Shown here in pieces: positions 38,029 through 46,033 of a DNA stretch of 46,033 bases. Under the pieces are notes generated by a model. The model ran no database searches. It worked only from the letters and a program-made list of their open reading frames with translations, and was not told the DNA's origin. The stretch lies in sequence record DRR378314_146; one strand, 5' to 3'. Within the stretch, counting starts at the first letter, position 1, and each line of letters opens with the position of its first letter. The position numbers were made by a program, and so were the translations under genes.

Positions 38029-41000
38029 CTAGGAAGCCAAAGCCTGACATCGATTAACTTCAGCTGCAACATCGGCAAGGTCTGTCCGGCTTTTTATCAT
38101 GTTTGCAAACAATCGTGGATCTGTTTCCCGCTCCGCATCCGCAGAAAGGGCAATCACCTGCAGGTCAGGTTTAAGTTCCAATATGTCATCCAACAGCTGA
38201 TCTGCGTCACCGTCAGGCAAACCCCAATCAAGGATCACCACGTCCAATGCTGAATTTTCCAGCAACTGTTTGGCGGCGGCAATGGATTTTGCATGGGATA
38301 CTGTCGCAAATTCACCCAAGGCCCCTGCTACGATTTCCGCAAAATCATGGTCATCCTCGACATGTAGAACGGCGAGTTTGTTATTGGACGGTTCGTTGGG
38401 CACCAGCCGGACCTGTGGCTCAGCCTCAAGCGCACTTTCGGACAATGGCAGTGTGAACCAGAAAACCGTGACACCATTCGGAGTGCTTTTATACCCGATC
38501 TGGCCGCCATGGCGCAGAACGATTTGCCGCGTGATATTGAGGCCAAGCCCGGTCCCGCCCTTGGCACGTGTGTCTGAACTGTCAGCCTGCGAGAAGGCTT
38601 TGAAAATACGATTCTTGAAGTTTTCCGGCACGCCGGGGCCACTGTTCTGAACATAGACGATCGCCATATTGTCCAGCCGCTCTGCCTTGATCAGCACCTC
38701 GCTGTTTTGATTGGAATACTTGCAGGCGTTGGAAATCAAATTTGCCAGAATCTGCTTGGTACGCCCGATATCTGCATAAATGCTCAAGTCCTCTTCAGAC
38801 ATCTCGATACGCAAAGAACTATCATGCGTTGTGGCAAATGGTGCCATTTCCAACACCACAGTATCCACAACATCCGCAAGATCCACATCGTCGAAATCAA
38901 ACGAGATTTCACCCGAAGAAATTTTTTCAAGGTCCAGAATATCATTTACGATATCCGTCAGCCGGTCCGCATTCGATCCGGCAATCTCTATCAAACGCGC
39001 CTGTCCTTTGGTCAGGTTATTATCTTTTGAAGCTGTCAAAAGCCCCAGCGCACCCTTGATCGACGTCAAAGGTGTCCGCAATTCATGGCTGACTGTTGAA
39101 ACAAATTCACTCTTGATCAGATCAAGTTTTTTCTGGTCGGTAATATCGATAATCTGCGCAATAAACAAATTACCGCCCAGATTTTTGTCAAAAGACCACG
39201 ATACATTCAACAGGCCCCAACGTTCGACCTCCGAACTATCCAGAATGCGATGCTCTGCTGTATAAACCGAGGCGCTACCCGTCTGCATCAATTCGGTAAT
39301 CGACTTGTATAGCATCTTACGGTCTTCACTGGGCATCAACTCTGCAAGGCTGACGCCGTTTAGCAAGGCTGCTTCACTGCGTCCGGTCAAATGACAAAAT
39401 GCTTTATTTACAATAGTAAACTTGCCGGTATCGTCCATCAGCGCCATGCCAATGGGAGCGCTGGAAAGCACCTGTCGGAACTGACTTTCGCTTGCCTCCA
39501 GTGCATTCCGGTCACGGCGCAGATCTGTCACATCTGTCTGTGTTCCGATCAAACGCAGAGCATTGCCATCCTCATCACGTTCAACCACCACCGCATCGGA
39601 TCGCATCCAGCGCCAGCCTTCGTCAAAAGACTTTAACCGATATTCGGCTGTAGATCTTTCCGTCCGCCCTTCGATACAATCCAAATCTGCCTGTTGCAGC
39701 AGGGGTAAGTCATCCGGGTGAATGCGCGACAGAAAGCTTTCTTGCGTGTTCATCCCGTTACAGCCATCGGGATATCCCATGATCCGGCACCACGTCTCTG
39801 ACACATCCGAAAGACCAGTGGTCAAATCAACGTCAAAGACACCGATCTCGGATCCTTGCAGGGCCATGTCATTCAACGTCTTATGCCGCTTCAGCTCACG
39901 CTCGGCCCGGTTATGTTCTGTCAGGTCCCGCACAATGGCCGTTGTGCGCATTTCCCCATCACTGGTAAGCCATTCATTGCATTGCAAATCAAGTTCCAGA
40001 ACGCCGCCATCTTTGGTCCGTCCCAACGCATTGTGGTTCCCGTCCGGGTCGCTAATCGCCGTTGTTAAAGTGCTGAAATGCAGCTGGCTCATTTCGTCTT
40101 TGGAATATCCAAAGCACCGCTGTGCCGCCTGATTGGCAACAAGGATCTTGCCAGCAGCATCCATTACCAGAACCGAAATCACAGCGTTTTCAACTATCGA
40201 GCGGTTTTCTTCCGCCCGCGTCTGCGCCTGATGCCCGCTTTGGCGCGCAGTATGTCGCAAACTCTCTGCCCGCGCCTGCAAATTCCGCAAAATCAGCACG
40301 AGGAACGCAGTCAACGCCAACCCCGCGACCAAAACGGATAATGGTTGATAGGACCTGAGCGCTGCGTCAAATCCTGTCGTACTGTTATATGACAAGGTCC
40401 ATGTCCGACCAAATTGGTCAAACTGCCGTTGAGTGGTGAATTCACCCTGATCCTGCACCCCTTTGGCTTCGTCAAAGATAGAAAGGGCCTCGCCGGTCGG
40501 AGGTTGGTCTGAAACCTGAAGGTTGTACAACTGTCCCTGCCCCAACGTCAGACCCTGAAGCAGGTTTTCAGCAACAAACGGGGCATTTACCCATCCCTTG
40601 AAAACCTGTGGACCACCCGGATCCTGAGCTTGGGCAAAGATCGGCATCAGCGTAACAAACCCGGGGAGCGATCTGTCTTCTTGCACCAATTGTATCGGCG
40701 GTGTGATCTGAAGCGTGCCAGTATCCCGAGCCCTCTCCAACACTTCAGCGCGTTCGGGTGAAAAGCTGATATCAAGTCCAATCGCCCTGGAGTTTTTAGC
40801 CTCAGGTTCGATGTATTTTACAATAAGATGGGTATCTCTTTCGGATTTGCGCCGGATTTCGAAATCCGGCCGCCCGCCTGCGCGAATGCTACTGACAAAT
40901 TCATCGAGCCCAGCCGCAGGCACTTCTACAGAATACCCCAGACCGGTAAGGCTTGGCAGCCGGTTCTCAATCTCTAGGGCACTGATGTAGTTCCTGAAGT

Positions 41001-41223
41001 CACGGTGGGTCACATCATCTGATGCCGCAATATAGGCGGCAGTACCCCTGATGGTCTGAAGATAGCTTTTGGTACGCTCTCGCAGTGCCTCGACACTGTC
41101 ATCAGCCAACCTCTGGAACTCTACCTCTGCTACACGCCTGTCGCTTCTCACGTTTATCGAGTACGCGGCCCCAGTCAGAGCCAAGCACACCACAACGAGC
41201 AGTATCTCCAATCGTGAAGTCAT
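38029..41223 (-). CDS. Hybrid sensor kinase TM-CHASE-TM-PAS x3-HisKA-HATPase-REC
   Basis: CHASE (YIEP...N-x-RAIGLD...ARDTG...PIQLVQ), PAS3 (IHPDD...EYRL...W-x-W), VSHELRTPL, GGTGLGL, C-terminal REC (HVEDD, ILDWGLPD). Confidence 0.92.
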   Translation of the reverse strand: MTSRLEILLVVVCLALTGAAYSINVRSDRRVAEVEFQRLADDSVEALRERTKSYLQTIRGTAAYIAASDDVTHRDFRNYISALEIENRLPSLTGLGYSVEVPAAGLDEFVSSIRAGGRPDFEIRRKSERDTHLIVKYIEPEAKNSRAIGLDISFSPERAEVLERARDTGTLQITPPIQLVQEDRSLPGFVTLMPIFAQAQDPGGPQVFKGWVNAPFVAENLLQGLTLGQGQLYNLQVSDQPPTGEALSIFDEAKGVQDQGEFTTQRQFDQFGRTWTLSYNSTTGFDAALRSYQPLSVLVAGLALTAFLVLILRNLQARAESLRHTARQSGHQAQTRAEENRSIVENAVISVLVMDAAGKILVANQAAQRCFGYSKDEMSQLHFSTLTTAISDPDGNHNALGRTKDGGVLELDLQCNEWLTSDGEMRTTAIVRDLTEHNRAERELKRHKTLNDMALQGSEIGVFDVDLTTGLSDVSETWCRIMGYPDGCNGMNTQESFLSRIHPDDLPLLQQADLDCIEGRTERSTAEYRLKSFDEGWRWMRSDAVVVERDEDGNALRLIGTQTDVTDLRRDRNALEASESQFRQVLSSAPIGMALMDDTGKFTIVNKAFCHLTGRSEAALLNGVSLAELMPSEDRKMLYKSITELMQTGSASVYTAEHRILDSSEVERWGLLNVSWSFDKNLGGNLFIAQIIDITDQKKLDLIKSEFVSTVSHELRTPLTSIKGALGLLTASKDNNLTKGQARLIEIAGSNADRLTDIVNDILDLEKISSGEISFDFDDVDLADVVDTVVLEMAPFATTHDSSLRIEMSEEDLSIYADIGRTKQILANLISNACKYSNQNSEVLIKAERLDNMAIVYVQNSGPGVPENFKNRIFKAFSQADSSDTRAKGGTGLGLNITRQIVLRHGGQIGYKSTPNGVTVFWFTLPLSESALEAEPQVRLVPNEPSNNKLAVLHVEDDHDFAEIVAGALGEFATVSHAKSIAAAKQLLENSALDVVILDWGLPDGDADQLLDDILELKPDLQVIALSADAERETDPRLFANMIKSRTDLADVAAEVNRCQALAS

Positions 41224-41552
41224 CGCACACTCACAATCTTTACCAACATTTAGAGCCGGAACAGCCCGACCCAGGCACGACAATCTATGCAGTTATCAAT
41301 GTTCTAGCCTAGGTTGATAGGCCGGATAGCGGACTCAGGCAACAATAATAATGCAATTTGGTCAAGAGGTATGACCGGCGTGGCTCTATAGCACCGCTTG
41401 AAAAATTTGGCATTCGGGCTAGTGCTGATGAAGGCAATTGATCTGATCAAAATTACCTCCCGCGCAACAACAGTCCCACGCCGCAAAACTGGAACGGGCA
41501 CCGTCTGTTGCCGGTGATCTAAAACATGTCTGCAACTGCCCGGCGGCAGCAC

Positions 41553-42047
41553 TTAGTGGCTGTGAGAACCACCCTCAAGATCACCGTGGATCGCAAATTG
41601 ATCCAAACCGGCATCACGCGGCTCGATCATGCGAAAGCTCTCTCTCACGCCGGCCTCGGTCAACTCCCGCGCAACAGTCAGCAATGTATTGGCATCCTGA
41701 TCTTCGCAAAGCTCTGCCATATGGCGCAGCTCGTCCTCTGCCACCTGTGCGGAGGCCTCCACCGAGGGCGCACCATACATCTGAACAAAATGTTCGGCCA
41801 AAGCGGTCTTGAGCGTTTCAAATTCAGGTGGCTCAATCTGGGTCACGGCGACAAATGTCACCCGGCCAAATGTTTCAACCCCAAGCCAGCCATTTGAAAA
41901 CGCCTGACGCGCCTTGCCTGTCAGATCGGCCTGCGACCAGTTGGAAAACTCAAATCCCCCTGCAATGCACCATTCACCGGTACGGGCAGGTTTGTGAAAG
42001 ACATTCCTGTCACTCTCGTCAAAATGAATTGCACGCGCCAACATCAT
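41553..42047 (-). CDS. DUF6505-like protein (formate-dehydrogenase-cluster associated)
   Basis: LARAIHFDESD, GEW-x-x-x-GGFEF, RQAF-x-NGWLG, YGAP; context. Confidence 0.65.
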   Translation of the reverse strand: MMLARAIHFDESDRNVFHKPARTGEWCIAGGFEFSNWSQADLTGKARQAFSNGWLGVETFGRVTFVAVTQIEPPEFETLKTALAEHFVQMYGAPSVEASAQVAEDELRHMAELCEDQDANTLLTVARELTEAGVRESFRMIEPRDAGLDQFAIHGDLEGGSHSH

Positions 42048-42048
42048 G

Positions 42049-42753
42049 TCACTGGCCCTCCAAAAGAACACTCAGCGGGATCAGATGTGTCGTATCATCG
42101 GTACGCAGCAACATCCCGAACTTTTCATCCACCCCTAGAAACGTGCCAGAAACACCATTTCTTTCAATAGCTTCGCCAATGCCAAAAGCCAATGCTCGCC
42201 AGTCCTTATGCAATGCCGCCACGCCATCATCCTGCCAAGTATTGATCGCCACAAGCGTATGTTTAACCCAGGATTCCAACAGATCCACGGCATTCACATC
42301 TGCACAGCCTTCGGCATAAAGCGCGGTTTGATCCGGGGTTTCGCCCGGTGCGTCACTGGTCGGCCAAAGCGGCAGCTCCAACCCCACAACCAGCCAATCC
42401 GGCTCTGCTTCGGGGTCGCTCGCGGAAGAGGCCATCCGCATCTGCCCGCAGGACGCCCCGTTGATCCGCAACCCGCCGCCCCAATCAAGATGCACAGCAA
42501 CCTCAGGCGGGGCCAGCGCCCCCAACGCATTCTGAAACCCGACACCGCACAGCGGCAGCATCGCCACCGCATCGGCCAAGGTCACATCCGGTGCAAAGAC
42601 CAGCGCCGCCTGCAAGGTGTTTGCGCCCAGATTATACACCACCAACCCCGCATCACAGCCGCGCGCGGCCTCCACGCAAGCCTTGTCAAACGGGTCAATC
42701 TGCCCCTCTACGGCAAGGCCACTGAACAGCGGTGGAAAGCTGGGGATGCTCAT
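42049..42753 (-). CDS. Biotin/lipoate-ligase-like protein with DUF4444
   Basis: P-x-FPPL, GCDAG, ALGALAPPE, PDWLVVG, TALYAEGC, GTFLGVDE-x-FGMLL. Confidence 0.75.
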   Translation of the reverse strand: MSIPSFPPLFSGLAVEGQIDPFDKACVEAARGCDAGLVVYNLGANTLQAALVFAPDVTLADAVAMLPLCGVGFQNALGALAPPEVAVHLDWGGGLRINGASCGQMRMASSASDPEAEPDWLVVGLELPLWPTSDAPGETPDQTALYAEGCADVNAVDLLESWVKHTLVAINTWQDDGVAALHKDWRALAFGIGEAIERNGVSGTFLGVDEKFGMLLRTDDTTHLIPLSVLLEGQ

Positions 42754-43805
42754 GCTTTGCCCATTTCAATCAATGACTTGGCAACTGTGCGAAAGGCCTG
42801 CGCCTGCACTGTATTGGGCTTTGACACCACAATCGGGGCGCCCCCGTCCGCCGCCATGCGAATGTCCAGATGCAGCGGGATTTCCGCCAACAAAGGCACC
42901 TCCAGTTTATCCGCCTCGGATTTCACCCCACCATGGCCAAACACATGTTCCTCATGACCACATTGCGAACAGATATGCGTGCTCATGTTTTCGATCATGC
43001 CGATGATCGGTGTGCCCATCTGGTTGAACATATCGATCCCCTTGCGGGCATCCAGTAGCGCCACGTCCTGCGGCGTTGACACAATGATCGCCCCGTCCAG
43101 CTGCGCCTTTTGTGCCAGCGTCATCTGCACATCCCCGGTACCCGGCGGAAGATCCACAATCAACACGTCAAGCGCACCCCATTGCACCTGCGTCAACATC
43201 TGCTGCAAGGCACCCATCAACATCGGTCCCCGCCAGACAACGGCCTGATCATCATTGGTCATCAACCCGATCGACATCATCGTCACACCATAGTTGCGAA
43301 GCGGCAAAATCAGTTTGCCATCAGGACTTTGCGGGCGGCCGGACACGCCCAGCATGCGTGGCTGCGACGGTCCGTAAACATCCGCATCCAACATGCCAAC
43401 ACGCCGCCCTTCGGCCGCAAGGGCACAGGCCAGATTGGCCGCAACGGTGGATTTGCCCACACCACCCTTGCCCGATGCAATGGCGATGATGCGGTCCACA
43501 CCGGGCAGTTTTTCCGGCCCGGCGGGTTCCGCTTTCCGGCCCGCTTTCAGATCCGGCGGTGGTGTTGGTTTGCTATGCGCCGTCATCACAATCGACACTG
43601 AAGAAACACCCAATGCCGTCAGTGCCGCTTCGGCTTCTGCCTTCGCCGCCATGAAGGGATCAGGACTGTCCACCTCCATCACAAAACGCACACCTGTGTC
43701 ATCCACATTCAACGCGCGGACCAATCCGGCCTCAACCAGATCAACACCAGAGGGCGCTTTGATGCCTTTCAGACAGGCAAGAACTTCTTCACGGGTCGGG
43801 GACAT
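42750..43805 (-). CDS. apbC: Mrp/NBP35 Fe-S cluster carrier ATPase
   Basis: SGKGGVGKST, DADVYGPS, WRGPM, DLPPGTGD, ENMS-x-x-x-C-x-x-C. Confidence 0.93.
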   Translation of the reverse strand: MSPTREEVLACLKGIKAPSGVDLVEAGLVRALNVDDTGVRFVMEVDSPDPFMAAKAEAEAALTALGVSSVSIVMTAHSKPTPPPDLKAGRKAEPAGPEKLPGVDRIIAIASGKGGVGKSTVAANLACALAAEGRRVGMLDADVYGPSQPRMLGVSGRPQSPDGKLILPLRNYGVTMMSIGLMTNDDQAVVWRGPMLMGALQQMLTQVQWGALDVLIVDLPPGTGDVQMTLAQKAQLDGAIIVSTPQDVALLDARKGIDMFNQMGTPIIGMIENMSTHICSQCGHEEHVFGHGGVKSEADKLEVPLLAEIPLHLDIRMAADGGAPIVVSKPNTVQAQAFRTVAKSLIEMGKA

Positions 43806-43997
43806 TTACTTGCCTTCAATCTTGCCGGTCACGACATGTTCCAGATCAACACCTTCAATGGTCAACACCATCTTGGCCTCAAAACTCTTGCCGGATGTAT
43901 CACCTGCCTTGCGCATCGCCTCTTCAATGGCTTGCTGTGACGTCACGCCAACCTGTTTGAGAAACTTGCGCATCGACATGTTGAAATCTTCGCTCAT
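43806..43997 (-). CDS. DUF6494-like small protein
   Basis: FNMSMRKFLKQVGVTSQQAIE; abuts apbC. Confidence 0.7.
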   Translation of the reverse strand: MSEDFNMSMRKFLKQVGVTSQQAIEEAMRKAGDTSGKSFEAKMVLTIEGVDLEHVVTGKIEGK

Positions 43998-44080
43998 GAC
44001 ATAATCCCTTGAATTACCTGTATTGTTGACGCCGCGACCCTAACGCCCCTAGGCTGGGGCGCAAGATTGGAGCGGATAGA

Positions 44081-44806
44081 ATGTTGAGACAAATCGCAGT
44101 GCTGATCAGCCTGCTTGCCACCCCGCTGGCGGCGCAAGACAAAGGCTTCAGCTTGCAAGTTCCCCAATCCCTGATTGAAACCGGGTTCATCAAACATCTG
44201 CTGCCCCGATTTTCCCTGAAGACGGGCATCAGGATAACGCCGAAAAGCGAGGGCGCGGATGCGGCCTTTGGTCCCAGTGGCACACCGGTTTTTCGAGAGG
44301 GCGCAACCCTGTGGCACCTGTCGAACACGGGCGCGCCACATACCGATGGCTTTCGCGCATGGTTGTTGTCCGACATCGGCAAACGCACCATCGAAGCGTT
44401 TGCCCCAAACGGCACGCCGTTGTTCAGCGCAGAACTGGCGCCAACCGCAACGGCCGAACCGGTGGTTCTGACCGGCGATGCAGTGTTGGGCGAAACCGTC
44501 AGCCTGCAACGCTGTGGGCGCTGCCATGTGGTGAACGACAGCAACCGGATGAAGGCCATCGGTTCCACACCGTCTTTCGCATTGCTGCGAAGCTTCCCCG
44601 ACTGGCAGGAACGCTTTGAAACCTTCTTTCTGCGCAAACCGCATCCCGCGTTTACCCAGGTCGCCGAGGTGACCGAGCCCTTCGCAGCCAACCTGCCCTC
44701 GCCCATCGCACCAATTGAGGTGACGCTGGAAGAGATCACCGCAATTGTCGGTTTTGTCGCCTCCATCAAGGCCGCTGATCTGGGTGCGCCGATCCAATCT
44801 CAATGA
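44081..44806 (+). CDS. Exported c-type cytochrome with an N-terminal TupA-like segment
   Basis: Signal peptide (LAA|Q), CGRCH heme motif, GSTPSF, PHP; GGAG RBS. Confidence 0.75.
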   Translation: MLRQIAVLISLLATPLAAQDKGFSLQVPQSLIETGFIKHLLPRFSLKTGIRITPKSEGADAAFGPSGTPVFREGATLWHLSNTGAPHTDGFRAWLLSDIGKRTIEAFAPNGTPLFSAELAPTATAEPVVLTGDAVLGETVSLQRCGRCHVVNDSNRMKAIGSTPSFALLRSFPDWQERFETFFLRKPHPAFTQVAEVTEPFAANLPSPIAPIEVTLEEITAIVGFVASIKAADLGAPIQSQ

Positions 44807-46032
44807 TCCTTGCGCTTTGAGAAATAGTCATCTGTGGTGCGCACCCGTGGACGCTCGCCCCCCTGAAACGGATTGTCGGAAGAATGGAACTGCGCCTGAA
44901 CACGGCAATTGTCACACATCTGGATCATTTTGGCGGCCTCTGACGTGGCAAACATCGCATGTTTACCGGCCAGTTTTTCGGTAATCTTTTCGATTGTTGA
45001 TTTCACCCCGAACAGCGCCCCACAGTCGATACAGGCAAAAGGTTCCTCTTCGTGCAGCACCCGCTGGGTGAAGGCGGCATCGCTCAGGTCCATCTGGGGT
45101 TTTAGCGTGATGGCGTTTTCAGGGCAAATATTGCTGCACAAACCACATTGCAAACAGGCATCTTCCTGAAAACGCAACTGCGGCATATCGGGATTATCCA
45201 CCAAGGCCCCGGAAGGGCAAAGCGACACGCAGGACAAGCAAAGGGTACAGGCATCATTATCCACCAATACCGCCCCATAGGGGGCATTCTCTGGCAGATC
45301 GACAATTGTTGCCTCCGGCTGCAACGCCTTGGCGGCAAGCCGCGTCACCTGCCGGCGCGACCCGATGGGCAGGACAGAGGCACAGGTGACAGGCGTTTTG
45401 GCCTCGGCGTAAAGCAGCGCACACAGCGCCTCAGGATCTACGGGATGCAACAGCTGCACAGCCTCAGAACCGGACAGGGCTTTGGCCAACACCGCTTGGG
45501 CCTCGATCACCTCAACCTCGGCTTTGGGCGAAACAAGGATATCCACCTGTTCAAATCCGCAAGCCAGTGCGGCAAGTATTTCCGCATGGCCAAAACCGGA
45601 CAAGGCATCCACCTCAAGCGGGATAACATGCGCCGGCAGCCCCCGTTCAAAACGCGCCGCAAGTGTGATCATTTCCGCCCCGAAATTTGCATCATGCACC
45701 AACAGACGGGCATGTTCACCACCCGCCTTGCGATAGGTCGAACCCAGTACCGACATACGGCGGAACAATGTATCAACCGGCGGCGCATCATAGCTGATAG
45801 CCCCCGAGGGACATACCGCCGAACACGACCCACACCCCGCACAGATCATCGGATCAATCGCGACATGTTCACCCGCTGAGGTAATCGCGCCCATTGGGCA
45901 GACATCCAGACAATTCGAACAGGCCGCCTGTTCCGCGCGGCTATGGGCACAGATGCTTGGCTCCAACCGCACATAGAGGGGTTTCTCGAATGTACCAATC
46001 ATTTGGGAGGCCGTGAAAATCGCCTTCGCAAC
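44800..46032 (-). CDS. Multi-[4Fe-4S] ferredoxin-like protein, 5'-partial (runs off the window)
   Basis: Several CxxCxxCxxxCP clusters (CAGCGSCSAVCP, CTLCLSCVSLCP, CLQCGLCSNICP); frame stays open to the window end. Confidence 0.9.
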   Translation of the reverse strand, partial: VAKAIFTASQMIGTFEKPLYVRLEPSICAHSRAEQAACSNCLDVCPMGAITSAGEHVAIDPMICAGCGSCSAVCPSGAISYDAPPVDTLFRRMSVLGSTYRKAGGEHARLLVHDANFGAEMITLAARFERGLPAHVIPLEVDALSGFGHAEILAALACGFEQVDILVSPKAEVEVIEAQAVLAKALSGSEAVQLLHPVDPEALCALLYAEAKTPVTCASVLPIGSRRQVTRLAAKALQPEATIVDLPENAPYGAVLVDNDACTLCLSCVSLCPSGALVDNPDMPQLRFQEDACLQCGLCSNICPENAITLKPQMDLSDAAFTQRVLHEEEPFACIDCGALFGVKSTIEKITEKLAGKHAMFATSEAAKMIQMCDNCRVQAQFHSSDNPFQGGERPRVRTTDDYFSKRKDH

Positions 46033-46033
46033 C

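Noticed and set aside
43994-44803. 269-aa and 251-aa minus-strand ORFs that would make the Fe-S operon continuous
   Set aside because: No recognisable motifs; the plus-strand ORF has an RBS, signal peptide and CxxCH.
1-46033. CRISPR arrays, tRNA/rRNA genes, prophage, integrase or defence genes
   Set aside because: No spaced direct repeats, cloverleaf signatures or matching protein motifs seen; most of the window is explained by the listed CDSs, and the remaining short ORFs are shadows of real genes.

Overview
Alphaproteobacterial DNA, most likely Roseobacter group (inferred from gene content). From left to right: (1) the end of an IS21-like element that cuts off the 5' end of an amidohydrolase gene, followed by a 28-bp XerC/D dif-like site with KOPS motifs pointing towards it; (2) an uncharacterised catabolic cluster (UPF0317/D-glutamate-cyclase-like protein, TRAP transporter, DUF2848, LysR, amidase), a second LysR and a DUF481 outer-membrane protein; (3) pcaQ-pobA-pcaCHG plus a DUF849 beta-keto-acid cleavage enzyme; (4) an IclR regulator and a class III aminotransferase; (5) an essentially complete but unusually arranged type II secretion locus (gspGHICD <- -> gspLMEF, antisense gspN-like, LpoA-like lipoprotein-gspJK, short gspO) with an embedded secreted DUF4331 protein and a 68-aa lipoprotein; the DUF4331 and gspL operons share a TGAAACT-N15-CCGT ECF-type promoter motif; (6) a phosphorelay cluster (CHASE/PAS hybrid kinase, PAS kinase, Hpt, single REC, three paralogous REC proteins with a degenerate GGDEF-like output); (7) formate-dehydrogenase-associated accessory genes (DUF6505, DUF4444, Mrp/ApbC, DUF6494, a TupA-like/cytochrome c fusion, a polyferredoxin). 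The best candidate for an undescribed system is the ECF-controlled T2SS apparently dedicated to a DUF4331 cargo with an N-terminal Xaa-Xaa-His motif. All family assignments are from motif recognition by eye; no searches were run.
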